A model generated the notes under the pieces. It had not been told where the DNA came from and ran no database searches. It worked only from the letters and a program-made list of their open reading frames with translations. 64,000 nt of DNA from Halobacteriovoraceae bacterium. Its GTDB lineage: Bacteria > Bdellovibrionota > Bacteriovoracia > Bacteriovoracales > Bacteriovoracaceae. Positions within the stretch are counted from its first letter, which is position 1; the number at the start of each line of letters is the position of its first letter. Positions 29,751 to 38,335 of this stretch are shown in pieces. The DNA lies in assembly GCA_963719505.1 (NCBI GenBank), contig CAVRCF010000005.1:1120001-1184000 (forward strand), read 5' to 3'. Both the position numbers and the translations under genes were made by a program.

Positions 29751-30512
29751 TTATTCTTCTTCTTTTACTCTTTGACCAGGAGGTAGGAACGAGTCTAGTT
29801 TTTCTCTAATAACCCTTGGATTTTCTCCGGCTACAATTCCTAAAACACCAGCGATAATAATATTCATTTTTAAAAGTTCACTTTCTGAATAGAACTTTAA
29901 TTTATTAGCAATCGGGTTTGCAAAAACGTTGGCCAAAACTGCTCCATAAAATGTCGTTAAGATGGCAACGGCCATCGACTTCCCAAGTTCCTCAGGACCC
30001 CCGGAGAGGTTTTGAAGCATGATAACGAGACCAATAAGAGTTCCAATCATACCGAAAGCAGGTCCATCGGCTGCCACATTTTCTAAAATGGCGATTCCAG
30101 TTTTGTGTCTATCTCCCAAGGCATCGATTTCAAGTTGCAAGATAGAAGTTATAACTTCTGGCGGTCTATTATCGGCAGCAAGCTTAACAGCTTTTTGCAT
30201 AAACTCATCTTCAACAGGTTCATTTTCAAGAGCAAAGACTGATTCTTTTCGCGCTTTATCTGCCAGTTGCTGAATCTTCTCTATAATTTGCAAAGGCTCA
30301 GGAGCCGTATTGAAAATTGACTTCATATAAACGGGAATAAGAGTTTTTATCTGTGACATAGGCCACTTAATAAAAAGTGCAGCAGAAACTCCTCCTCCAA
30401 CAACAATGATGGACGGGGCATCTATAAATGCTCCAATAGTTCCCCCAGCTAAAATTGATCCCGTAATTGAAACAATTGCTAAGACTAAGCCGATAACCGT
30501 AGCGATATCCAT
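29751..30512 (-). CDS. motA: Flagellar stator A subunit (MotA/PomA)
   Basis: MDIATVIG, PAFGMIGTLIGLV, MAVAILTTFYG, GENPR. Confidence 0.94.
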   Translation of the reverse strand: MDIATVIGLVLAIVSITGSILAGGTIGAFIDAPSIIVVGGGVSAALFIKWPMSQIKTLIPVYMKSIFNTAPEPLQIIEKIQQLADKARKESVFALENEPVEDEFMQKAVKLAADNRPPEVITSILQLEIDALGDRHKTGIAILENVAADGPAFGMIGTLIGLVIMLQNLSGGPEELGKSMAVAILTTFYGAVLANVFANPIANKLKFYSESELLKMNIIIAGVLGIVAGENPRVIREKLDSFLPPGQRVKEEE

Positions 30513-30564
30513 AACACTATACCTTTTAAGAATAAATCTTTGAAAATGTGTTTATCTAATACAA

Positions 30565-30592
30565 TAATCGGTGACTTGAGGAGGAAACTTTA
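30565..30592 (-). promoter_or_regulatory. sigma28 promoter upstream of motAB
   Basis: Minus strand TAAA-N16-ACCGATTA; motAB are typical FliA targets. Confidence 0.65.
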
Positions 30593-30608
30593 AGGGTTTA
30601 ATAAATAA

Positions 30609-30621
30609 AATCAGTAGCTTA
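30609..30621 (+). promoter_or_regulatory. IHF-like binding site
   Basis: AATCAGTAGCTTA matches WATCARNNNNTTR with AT-rich 5' flank. Confidence 0.45.
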
Positions 30622-30760
30622 ACCATGCAAAACAATCAGGTATCTCACACCCCGATCCAGACGTCATGTCAGATTGCTAAAAGAATTTTTACGTAAAAGG
30701 CGTCGGCAAAAATGTATCGAGAAAGTCACTTCAACAACCAGAGTTGAAAATTTAGGCCTA

Positions 30761-32113
30761 TTAACTTGCAACCCTTAGTTTCTTTGGCAAGGTCAAAGAT
30801 CTAACTTCATCTTCGAAAGATCTTTTCACAAAACTTTTTCCAGTCTTCTCTTCGATGATTCTAAAGAAGATATTGTCTTCATAGTTTGTAGAGCTAAGAA
30901 CAGATAATAAGTGAGTGAGTTTTAATGAAGCGGTTTTCATTTCACATTGAGACAGACTCTCTCTTTTGGCCAAGACATCAGAAAGCCAGTTTTTGACTTC
31001 AATTAAAGATCTAATTTTCACATCAAGACCTCTTGAGAAAAGTGATTCAATCATGGATTCCTGTTTTGTTATGAAGGCTTCCACAACTAAGTACTCTTCC
31101 TTTCCAATTTTTCTAGAGAATCTATTCTTAAGAGAGAAAAAACAAGATTTTATCGTTTCAACATAGAACAAAAAGTCTTCAAGACTAGTTAATTGTTTAT
31201 CTTTTCTCTTATGTGTTTTTTCAAGAATTTGCCTTAAATCTGGATTGATGAGACCGTCTTTGACTTCATCCCAAGCAACCTTGAGACAATCATAAGTTTG
31301 AAATGTATGCATGAGAGGATTAATATAGACTTCATTGATTTCATTGAGCATGGCCGAAAGGTAGGACTCAAAAGAAGACTTAAGCATCATAAGTTTCTCT
31401 ATATCTTTACCCACAAGTGCTTCGTGCCTTTTTTGCTCAAATGAGATGATACAATGTCTGGTTCTAGGATTAAGATCCCCCCAGGTTCCTTGAAAAGTAT
31501 TCTTTTCAAGTTCACAGTTTCTGATAAAGTAGTCGTAGTCTAATTTCCGCTCAAAAGACAACCAGTTCAGCGGCTCTTCAGCGACACCAGATAAAATATC
31601 AATCTGCTGGATTGGCGAAAAGAAATAATTTCTTTGCTCGTCTTTTATTAAACTCTCTAGATCACACGAGATTGAAACTCCACTATCGTGACTCGCTCTG
31701 TAAACATAGACATCACTCACCTCTATCCACTTAGCGACTTTATCATCACCAGCTAACTTCTTCTCTTCAATTGAATTAGAATCTAGATGGTTTTTTATGT
31801 TTGAAATTTTAAAGATATGAATAGAGGCACCATCACTCATGACTAAATGAGACTCAACTTTCGCTTCAAGTTGTTTTTCAATCTGCTCTATATTATCGAG
31901 GCAAGGAGACTCAGCGGCGCAGGTAAAAGGAAAGTTAAAGCTCCCACTACTCAGAAGCTCGCGCTTAACTTTAAACATCAGTTCGTGGTCTGTGGATTTA
32001 CTCCAAGGTATAAAGATATGAAAAAAGTTATCTGTTATGGGGAGGGTATTTCTGGAAAAAGACAAAATATTTGAGGCGCGCTCGAATACAAATGGCTTAC
32101 TAAAAGCAGGCAT
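30761..32113 (-). CDS. Hypothetical protein, possibly a divergent HP0729-family member
   Basis: HLVMSDGASIHIFKI, KWIEVSDV and WGDLNPRTRHCIISFE recall HP0729-type motifs from memory; GGAG RBS. Confidence 0.5.
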   Translation of the reverse strand: MPAFSKPFVFERASNILSFSRNTLPITDNFFHIFIPWSKSTDHELMFKVKRELLSSGSFNFPFTCAAESPCLDNIEQIEKQLEAKVESHLVMSDGASIHIFKISNIKNHLDSNSIEEKKLAGDDKVAKWIEVSDVYVYRASHDSGVSISCDLESLIKDEQRNYFFSPIQQIDILSGVAEEPLNWLSFERKLDYDYFIRNCELEKNTFQGTWGDLNPRTRHCIISFEQKRHEALVGKDIEKLMMLKSSFESYLSAMLNEINEVYINPLMHTFQTYDCLKVAWDEVKDGLINPDLRQILEKTHKRKDKQLTSLEDFLFYVETIKSCFFSLKNRFSRKIGKEEYLVVEAFITKQESMIESLFSRGLDVKIRSLIEVKNWLSDVLAKRESLSQCEMKTASLKLTHLLSVLSSTNYEDNIFFRIIEEKTGKSFVKRSFEDEVRSLTLPKKLRVAS

Positions 32114-32231
32114 TAAATCTCCCTTGGTGCAGACGTGAACTTGAGAATTAAATATACAATGTATTATACGGATTTTATTGCGGCGCGCAACAGTTAATTT
32201 TATTTACTTTAGTGTTTCTTTAGGAGCTTTC

Positions 32232-32429
32232 TTAAGATTCTAGCAACATAGCTTCGTCGATATAAGCAATCATAGCTTTTCTTAGATCCTCTAGCGACAT
32301 CTTTGTTGCGACATCGTTTTTGTCGAATAACTCTTTTTTGATAAGTTCAACAGGGAATCCTGTTAAGTCTGACAAAGACTTAAGATCAACTATAGTACTA
32401 CCTTCAGCCTTTTTACTTTCTTCCAACAT
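32232..32429 (-). CDS. Small hypothetical protein, HTH-like
   Basis: ATG 32429 with AGGAG RBS; DLKSLSDLTGFPVELIKKEL. Confidence 0.65.
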   Translation of the reverse strand: MLEESKKAEGSTIVDLKSLSDLTGFPVELIKKELFDKNDVATKMSLEDLRKAMIAYIDEAMLLES

Positions 32430-32575
32430 GCTAAACTCCTTGCTGTTGTTTTTCTTTCCCGTATCCTTGGGAAAGTTCCTTCTCTCTCGTATCAAAGCAT
32501 ATCTATCTTATGAAAAAATTGTCAAAACAAACTTTTGAGATGTAAGACTTTTTTATAACTGACTATTTGGATTGA

Positions 32576-33769
32576 TTAATCACCTGATGTGATATCCACG
32601 TCCAAAAACTTAATAAAGCTCTCCATTTTTTGAAACGTTTCTTTAAATTCACTCTCACATTTACTAAGAAGGGTTATCCCTCCTCCTGATCCATACTTAA
32701 GCTCGTCCTTATCTAAACTAATTTCAGCTGAACGAATATTTATAGAAGCGCACTTCATTCCTTTGTGTAACAAAACAGTTGAGCCACAGTAAAAACCTCT
32801 TGGATATTTCTCTATCTCTTTGATAATTTCCATCACTCTTTTTTTGGGAGCTCCCGTGATACTTCCACCTGGGAATAATGCCTCCATCACATTTAACAAA
32901 CTCGTCTCCTTATCTACTGTTGTATCAACAACAGAATATTGATGAACAATTCCAGGGACTCTTAATGGAGCTTTTCTTTTTATAACTCTTGATGGAGTCA
33001 GTTTTATTTTGGAGAGATCATTACGGATTAGATCTGTGATCATGTAAAGTTCGCCTTGATCTTTCAAAGACCTTTTGAGCTCGTTCCAACTTCCTACCCC
33101 TTTGTCTTCAATCGTCCCCTTGATTGGCATCGATCGAATGGTCAGCTGGTCACCACTATTAAAGGCTTTAAACAGACACTCTGGAGAATTAGAGAGGTAA
33201 GCCTTATCCATGCAGTCTATCGAGGTAAAGTGGGCATAAGCACCTAGGCGATTTTTAGAATTTATAAAAAGACGTAGATAATCTTTATCTTCAAACTTCA
33301 CCTTGGTTTTAAAAAAGAAAGGATGAGTAAGATTAACCTGATAACAGTCCCCACCGAGAAGGTGATCATAAACTTTATTGAATTTTACTTTGTAGTCTTT
33401 AAATGTGGGGTACTCCACAAGCCTAAAAGATGCTTTATCATTCACCATGGACATCGATGTCTGGGAGTGTTTCAAATACTTAATTTTTATTGCCAACGGC
33501 TCTCTAGAACTTATCGATTCTTTTTGATCTTGAAAAAGATAACCGAACTCATAGAAGAAATGAAAAACAATCGGTTTTTCAAAGTTTTGACCAAGCTCTA
33601 TCTGTGCAAGCTCTGAACAAAGTTCTTCAACTGAGGAGGTAATCTTCTCACTTGTGAGTAAATCAATTTTAAAATCTTTATAATAAAGAAAAGCTTCAGC
33701 TGGCTTGGAACACTCTAAAAATTCATCGTCATCTTTGAGATAAAATATAGAGTATATTCCATTATCCAT
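32576..33769 (-). CDS. pabB: Aminodeoxychorismate synthase component I (PabB/TrpE family)
   Basis: GDCYQVNL, SPECLF, PIKGT, MITDLIRNDL, FPGGSITGAPK, GGGIT. Confidence 0.8.
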   Translation of the reverse strand: MDNGIYSIFYLKDDDEFLECSKPAEAFLYYKDFKIDLLTSEKITSSVEELCSELAQIELGQNFEKPIVFHFFYEFGYLFQDQKESISSREPLAIKIKYLKHSQTSMSMVNDKASFRLVEYPTFKDYKVKFNKVYDHLLGGDCYQVNLTHPFFFKTKVKFEDKDYLRLFINSKNRLGAYAHFTSIDCMDKAYLSNSPECLFKAFNSGDQLTIRSMPIKGTIEDKGVGSWNELKRSLKDQGELYMITDLIRNDLSKIKLTPSRVIKRKAPLRVPGIVHQYSVVDTTVDKETSLLNVMEALFPGGSITGAPKKRVMEIIKEIEKYPRGFYCGSTVLLHKGMKCASINIRSAEISLDKDELKYGSGGGITLLSKCESEFKETFQKMESFIKFLDVDITSGD

Positions 33770-35112
33770 TATTGAGAGGAGTTCTGTGAATATTGTAGTT
33801 CAGCAAATTTTGTCTGATTAGCTATCCAAGCCATCTCAACAGTCCCCTGCTCCCCAGCTCTGTTTTTGGCCACAATAATTTCTGCGATACCTTTTTTGGG
33901 AGTATTTTCATCGTAATATTCCTCTCTGTGAAGAAGAATAACAATATCGGCATCCTGCTCAATTGACCCAGACTCTCTAAGGTCTTGCATCTGAGGTCTT
34001 TTATCAGTTCTTGAAGCTGCAGAACGGTTAAGCTGTGAAAGGGCAATAATAGGAATCTCGAGCTCTTTGGCCAATTCCTTTATTCCTCTTGAAATCTCCG
34101 CAATTTCTTGTTCTCGAGAACTTTTACGAACATGAGGCTTCATTAGCTGAAGGTAGTCGATGATAATCATCCCAAGACCTTGATCAGTTTTAATTTTTCT
34201 CGACTGAGACTTTATATCCAGAAGAGTGGTTCCCCCAGAGTCATTTATATATATAGGAAGCGAAGACATATTCTTCACCGCTGCTGAAATATTTCTCATA
34301 TCCATATCATTAAAATCATTTGTTCTAAGTTTTCTTGAATCCAGGTTCGCTTCTGCTGATAAGAGTCGTCCTGAAATCTCAGGAGCAAGCATCTCATACG
34401 AGTAAATCATCACGGGAAGCTTACTGGCTTTACATGAGTTGATGGCCAAGTTCACGGCGAATGCAGTTTTTCCCATGGCAGGTCTCGCTGCGACGATAAC
34501 CATTTGTCCTGCCTGTAACCCCAGAAGCTTTTTATCTACAGATGGCCAACCAGTTGAAAGACCCAGAATTTCTCCTGGCTCTCTTTTTCCTTTCTCCATA
34601 TTTTTTAAGTTCTCAATCAGAGAGTCTTTTAATGTTTTAACAAAATTTGTTCTGGTCTGGTTTGCCAAAGAGAAAAAACTTGATTCAACTTCTTCTATAA
34701 ATTCTTTTATATCCCCGACAAAGTTCAACCCTTGATCGGTAATTCTCATAGAGTTTCTAACAATCTCTCTGAGGATAGCTTTATTTTTTACAATTTTTGC
34801 GTAGTGATAAATATTTGCTGAACTTGCCGTGTCTTCTATAAAGTTTGCTAAGGCTGCTTGCCCACCAATAACTTCTAACTTTCCCATATCGCTTAGTTTC
34901 GCACTAACGCTCACGAGATCAAAGGGCATGTCTGAAATAGACAGATCATTAATAGCACGAAAAATTTGACCGTATTGTGGATGATAGAAGTCTTCGGGCC
35001 CAATTTGAATATCTGTGATTTCATCAAAGGCTGCATTATCAATTAGTAGAGAACCGATAAGGGCTTTTTCACCTAGAAAGTCATGGGGTAAATCAGCAGA
35101 TCTTTCACTCAT
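33769..35112 (-). CDS. dnaB: Replicative DNA helicase
   Basis: AARPAMGKT, IDYLQLM, LSQLNR, DLRESGSIEQDAD, KNRAG; no intein. Confidence 0.97.
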   Translation of the reverse strand: MSERSADLPHDFLGEKALIGSLLIDNAAFDEITDIQIGPEDFYHPQYGQIFRAINDLSISDMPFDLVSVSAKLSDMGKLEVIGGQAALANFIEDTASSANIYHYAKIVKNKAILREIVRNSMRITDQGLNFVGDIKEFIEEVESSFFSLANQTRTNFVKTLKDSLIENLKNMEKGKREPGEILGLSTGWPSVDKKLLGLQAGQMVIVAARPAMGKTAFAVNLAINSCKASKLPVMIYSYEMLAPEISGRLLSAEANLDSRKLRTNDFNDMDMRNISAAVKNMSSLPIYINDSGGTTLLDIKSQSRKIKTDQGLGMIIIDYLQLMKPHVRKSSREQEIAEISRGIKELAKELEIPIIALSQLNRSAASRTDKRPQMQDLRESGSIEQDADIVILLHREEYYDENTPKKGIAEIIVAKNRAGEQGTVEMAWIANQTKFAELQYSQNSSQ

Positions 35113-35156
35113 AGAATATCCTGTCGTCGATTTTATTTGGTTTTAATTGGTCTTGT

Positions 35157-35190
35157 AAAAGAACCACGGCCTGATAAACAGACCGTGGGA
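35157..35190 (-). terminator. Rho-independent terminator between rplI and dnaB
   Basis: Minus strand CCACGGTCTG-tttat-CAGGCCGTGG followed by TTCTTTT. Confidence 0.7.
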
Positions 35191-35197
35191 AATTATC

Positions 35198-35788
35198 TCA
35201 TGCTTCTTCAGTTGTTTGAGCATCGTCAGAAGTTGCTTCAGTAGACTCTTCGCCTTCTTCACCAGCTTCTTCTTTCTTCGCAGCCATAGCAGCTTTTTTA
35301 GCAGCAGCAGCTTCTTGCTTTTTCTTCATTTCTTCAGCTTGAACAGGGTCAACTTCTACATTTACTTTAAAAGTTGCTTCAACACCTTTGAAAATCTTTG
35401 CACTTACTTCATGAGTACCAGTCGTTTTGATTGGTGTCTCAATTGTAATCATTCTTCTTTCAACATTGATATCTTGCTTTTCTAATTCTCTTGCAAGTTC
35501 CGTGTTTGTTACTGTTCCAAAAAGTGAACCGTTACCACCAACTTTCTTAGTTAAAGTTACTACAACTCCACCAAGTTTTTTAGCGATAGCTTCTGCTCCA
35601 GCTTTTTCTTCAGCAACTTTTTTCTCTAATCTTTTCTCATGATCTTTCATTTGCTTTGCATTTGACTCATCAGCAAGAACAGCTAATTTTTGAGGAATAA
35701 GGTAGTTTCTTCCGTACCCTTCAGAAACGTTTACTGTTTCACCAACACTTCCTACTGATTTTACTCTTTCTGTTAATATAACTTTCAT
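35198..35788 (-). CDS. rplI: 50S ribosomal protein bL9 with Ala/Lys- then Glu-rich C-terminal tail
   Basis: MKVIL...GYGRNYLIPQKLA, LFGTVT, PIKTTG. Confidence 0.95.
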   Translation of the reverse strand: MKVILTERVKSVGSVGETVNVSEGYGRNYLIPQKLAVLADESNAKQMKDHEKRLEKKVAEEKAGAEAIAKKLGGVVVTLTKKVGGNGSLFGTVTNTELARELEKQDINVERRMITIETPIKTTGTHEVSAKIFKGVEATFKVNVEVDPVQAEEMKKKQEAAAAKKAAMAAKKEEAGEEGEESTEATSDDAQTTEEA

Positions 35789-36765
35789 TATAATTCTCCT
35801 TCAGGATTGTTTTTAAAAAATCGTCTGTAGTTTACGAACATATCAGAAAAACCAAGAATGATTAAAATCTGAAATGCCAAATAAACTGTCGACACAACTA
35901 GTAATGACCTAAAAAATCCCTGGATCTTTAAATTATCAAGGAATGAGACGTAAACGCCAAAGCCTTGAAAAAAATAAAAAATACTAAGGATGACTAATAA
36001 ATAACTTCCAAACTCAAAAACCGATGGGTCTAAGTAATCTCCAAAGACAAAAGCTGCAAGTCCTAAAATAAAACCCCAGACAAAATGATCTGGTACTTTT
36101 ACATGGATCAGACTCTTAATATTATCTCTTTTTGACGACTCGAGAAATCTCGTTTTGAAACCAAGGCAGAGGTTCATCCAAATCGCTAGAAAAATAAGAA
36201 CAATAAAGACTTTAGGAATCATTGGCATGATTTCTTTCGCAAAGCTCTCTGGCTCGTTTTTTACTTTTTGAATAAACGCTTTAGATTCAAGTGTATCTTT
36301 CCCATAGACCAAAGCAATTCTTGTAACTAAAAATTCTTCATTCTCAACAACTTTTTCAGTGAAAAAGCCTCTGGGTGTTTTGTCTACCGAAGACAAGTAA
36401 CCAAAAGCCGCACTTAAAACTATCCCTATTAAAATCACACCCGCAATAACCATGGATTTAAACGGTGCTAAATTTCTTTCTATAATTTCCAAACAGATTA
36501 AACCAATAATCAAAGCCGCCCCTAGAATTCCGGCAAATACCATTCCAGTTAAGCCCCCTTGGGAGAGATAGAGAGAAACACCAAAAGTCATTAAAGCAAT
36601 AATATAAGCTTTAACTTTTCCATGCCTAATTCCTGCGTGAATAATAGGCAAAGGTGAAAGAAGAGAGAAAACTCCACTTGAACAAAGCATGAATGAAATC
36701 AGGCCTGATAATAACAGACTCGGTATCATTAAGTAGTTTGTTGAAGTTTCGTTTGAGTTAGTCAT
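35788..36765 (-). CDS. DUF2232 (YybS) membrane protein
   Basis: Multi-TM protein, YFFQG and LGFSDMFVNYRR motifs, usual position between rpsR and rplI. Confidence 0.85.
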   Translation of the reverse strand: MTNSNETSTNYLMIPSLLLSGLISFMLCSSGVFSLLSPLPIIHAGIRHGKVKAYIIALMTFGVSLYLSQGGLTGMVFAGILGAALIIGLICLEIIERNLAPFKSMVIAGVILIGIVLSAAFGYLSSVDKTPRGFFTEKVVENEEFLVTRIALVYGKDTLESKAFIQKVKNEPESFAKEIMPMIPKVFIVLIFLAIWMNLCLGFKTRFLESSKRDNIKSLIHVKVPDHFVWGFILGLAAFVFGDYLDPSVFEFGSYLLVILSIFYFFQGFGVYVSFLDNLKIQGFFRSLLVVSTVYLAFQILIILGFSDMFVNYRRFFKNNPEGEL

Positions 36766-36776
36766 TTATCTTCAGA

Positions 36777-37370
36777 TTATCTAGCAGTGTGGTTAGACAT
36801 ATAACTAATAAGTCCCATACAACGACCACGCTTAATAGCTGTAGTAGATGATCTTTGAAACTTAGGTCTTAAACCAGTAACTCTTGCTGGAGAAATTTTT
36901 CCAAACTCATTTACTAACCATGAGTAAGAAGCTGGGTCTTTCCAATCTGGAGCCGTTTTCTTAGCTGAGAAATAACAAGATTTTCTTTTCGCGAACATCT
37001 TTTTTTCTTTTTCAGCGTCACCATAAGCTTCGTTTGAGAAACCTGGCTTTTTGTAAGTTTTCTCAAGTTCAGCTTGGTCTTTATCAGCACCAAGGTTGAT
37101 AAAGATGAACTTTAAACAGTCTTCAGAAATTCTGAAACGTCTTTCAAGCTCAGTGTTACACTTGTTGTTTGCCTTGTACATCACGTAGAAGTAGTTCCCT
37201 CTTGTTTCACCGTTTTCAGTCGGTTGAGCAAAAGTTTTTACTCCCCATGCATCGTTAATCAAAACTTCACCTTCGAAGTCTTTGATTGTAGATGCTACAA
37301 GATCTGTCATTTTTTTAATGGCTTCTTCTGTCGCGTCTGAGCGAAGAACAAATGCCGATTCATAAATCAT
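36777..37370 (-). CDS. rpsF-rpsR: Fused 30S ribosomal proteins bS6-bS18
   Basis: N-half is S6 (YESAFVL, DAWG, GNYF, ELERRFRI); C-half is S18 (KRKSCYF, DWKD, GKISPARVTG, QR...AIKRGR.MGL); one reading frame; AGGAG RBS before ATG 37370. Confidence 0.9.
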   Translation of the reverse strand: MIYESAFVLRSDATEEAIKKMTDLVASTIKDFEGEVLINDAWGVKTFAQPTENGETRGNYFYVMYKANNKCNTELERRFRISEDCLKFIFINLGADKDQAELEKTYKKPGFSNEAYGDAEKEKKMFAKRKSCYFSAKKTAPDWKDPASYSWLVNEFGKISPARVTGLRPKFQRSSTTAIKRGRCMGLISYMSNHTAR

Positions 37371-37648
37371 ACAATTCTCCTGGGTATAATTAGCCACACC
37401 TCTCATGGATGCAGCGAGTTAGTATATTTGATCGATTACGGTTTTATAACTAAATGTGGCTGTAAATTAGCAAATAAAGCCTTATTTTCATAGGGTAAAG
37501 TGAACTATTTCTTTATTATTTTTACTCATCTGTCCTTGTCTATGGCTCAGTCTGCATCAGAGTGCATGTTCTTACTTCTGAAACCCTCGATATTATTTAA
37601 AACTTCCCCATAGGCAAAATGGATACTTTCCCATAATATCGATAACCT

Positions 37649-38335
37649 ATGCGCACAATCTTAAGCTTTCTCATTCTTTTATCTATCAAGGCTTTCGCTA
37701 AAATATTCTATCGAACAGAGGTCGTCTGGATCAATAGTCAGCCAAGCTTCAAAAGAATTAGGCTCATCGCTTTTTTGAATCACACCTCTCTTTATGAACC
37801 CCTCTATATTGGTGTTCTTCCCATCTCCTTTATTTGGAGACTTGCTAGAAAACTTGTGGCGCCAGGTGCAGATAAGACTCTAGATCGGCCACTGGTTGGC
37901 TTCTTTTGGAAAATTATGAGCCCAGGCATGATCTCTATAACCAGAAGAAGGGATAAGTCTTGGATTCGTTTTATGAATGCTATCCACGACAGAGCCGTCA
38001 TTGCAATGGCGCTAGAAGGAAGAATGAAAAGACGAAATGGACTAGATCTGGCCGGAAAAAAAATGACGGTAAAATCAGGTGTGGCGGATATTATAGCAGA
38101 GCTAGAAGAAGGGAATATACTTGTTGCCTACAGCGGTGGCCTCCACCATGTTCAGGTCCCAGGTCAGATTCTCCCTAGACTCTTTAGAAAGTTAAAATTA
38201 AATTTAGAAATCATTGATATTGAAGATTATAAGTCAAACTTCAACACCGAAGGGATTCAGTGGAAAAGAGATGTTACAGCTGACTTTCAAAGGCGGCTTG
38301 AAACAAATTGTCCCAAAGCCGACTCTACTGATTAA
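37649..38335 (+). CDS. 1-acyl-sn-glycerol-3-phosphate acyltransferase (PlsC-like)
   Basis: NHTSLYE (HX4D variant) and LEGR motif. Confidence 0.75.
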   Translation: MRTILSFLILLSIKAFAKIFYRTEVVWINSQPSFKRIRLIAFLNHTSLYEPLYIGVLPISFIWRLARKLVAPGADKTLDRPLVGFFWKIMSPGMISITRRRDKSWIRFMNAIHDRAVIAMALEGRMKRRNGLDLAGKKMTVKSGVADIIAELEEGNILVAYSGGLHHVQVPGQILPRLFRKLKLNLEIIDIEDYKSNFNTEGIQWKRDVTADFQRRLETNCPKADSTD

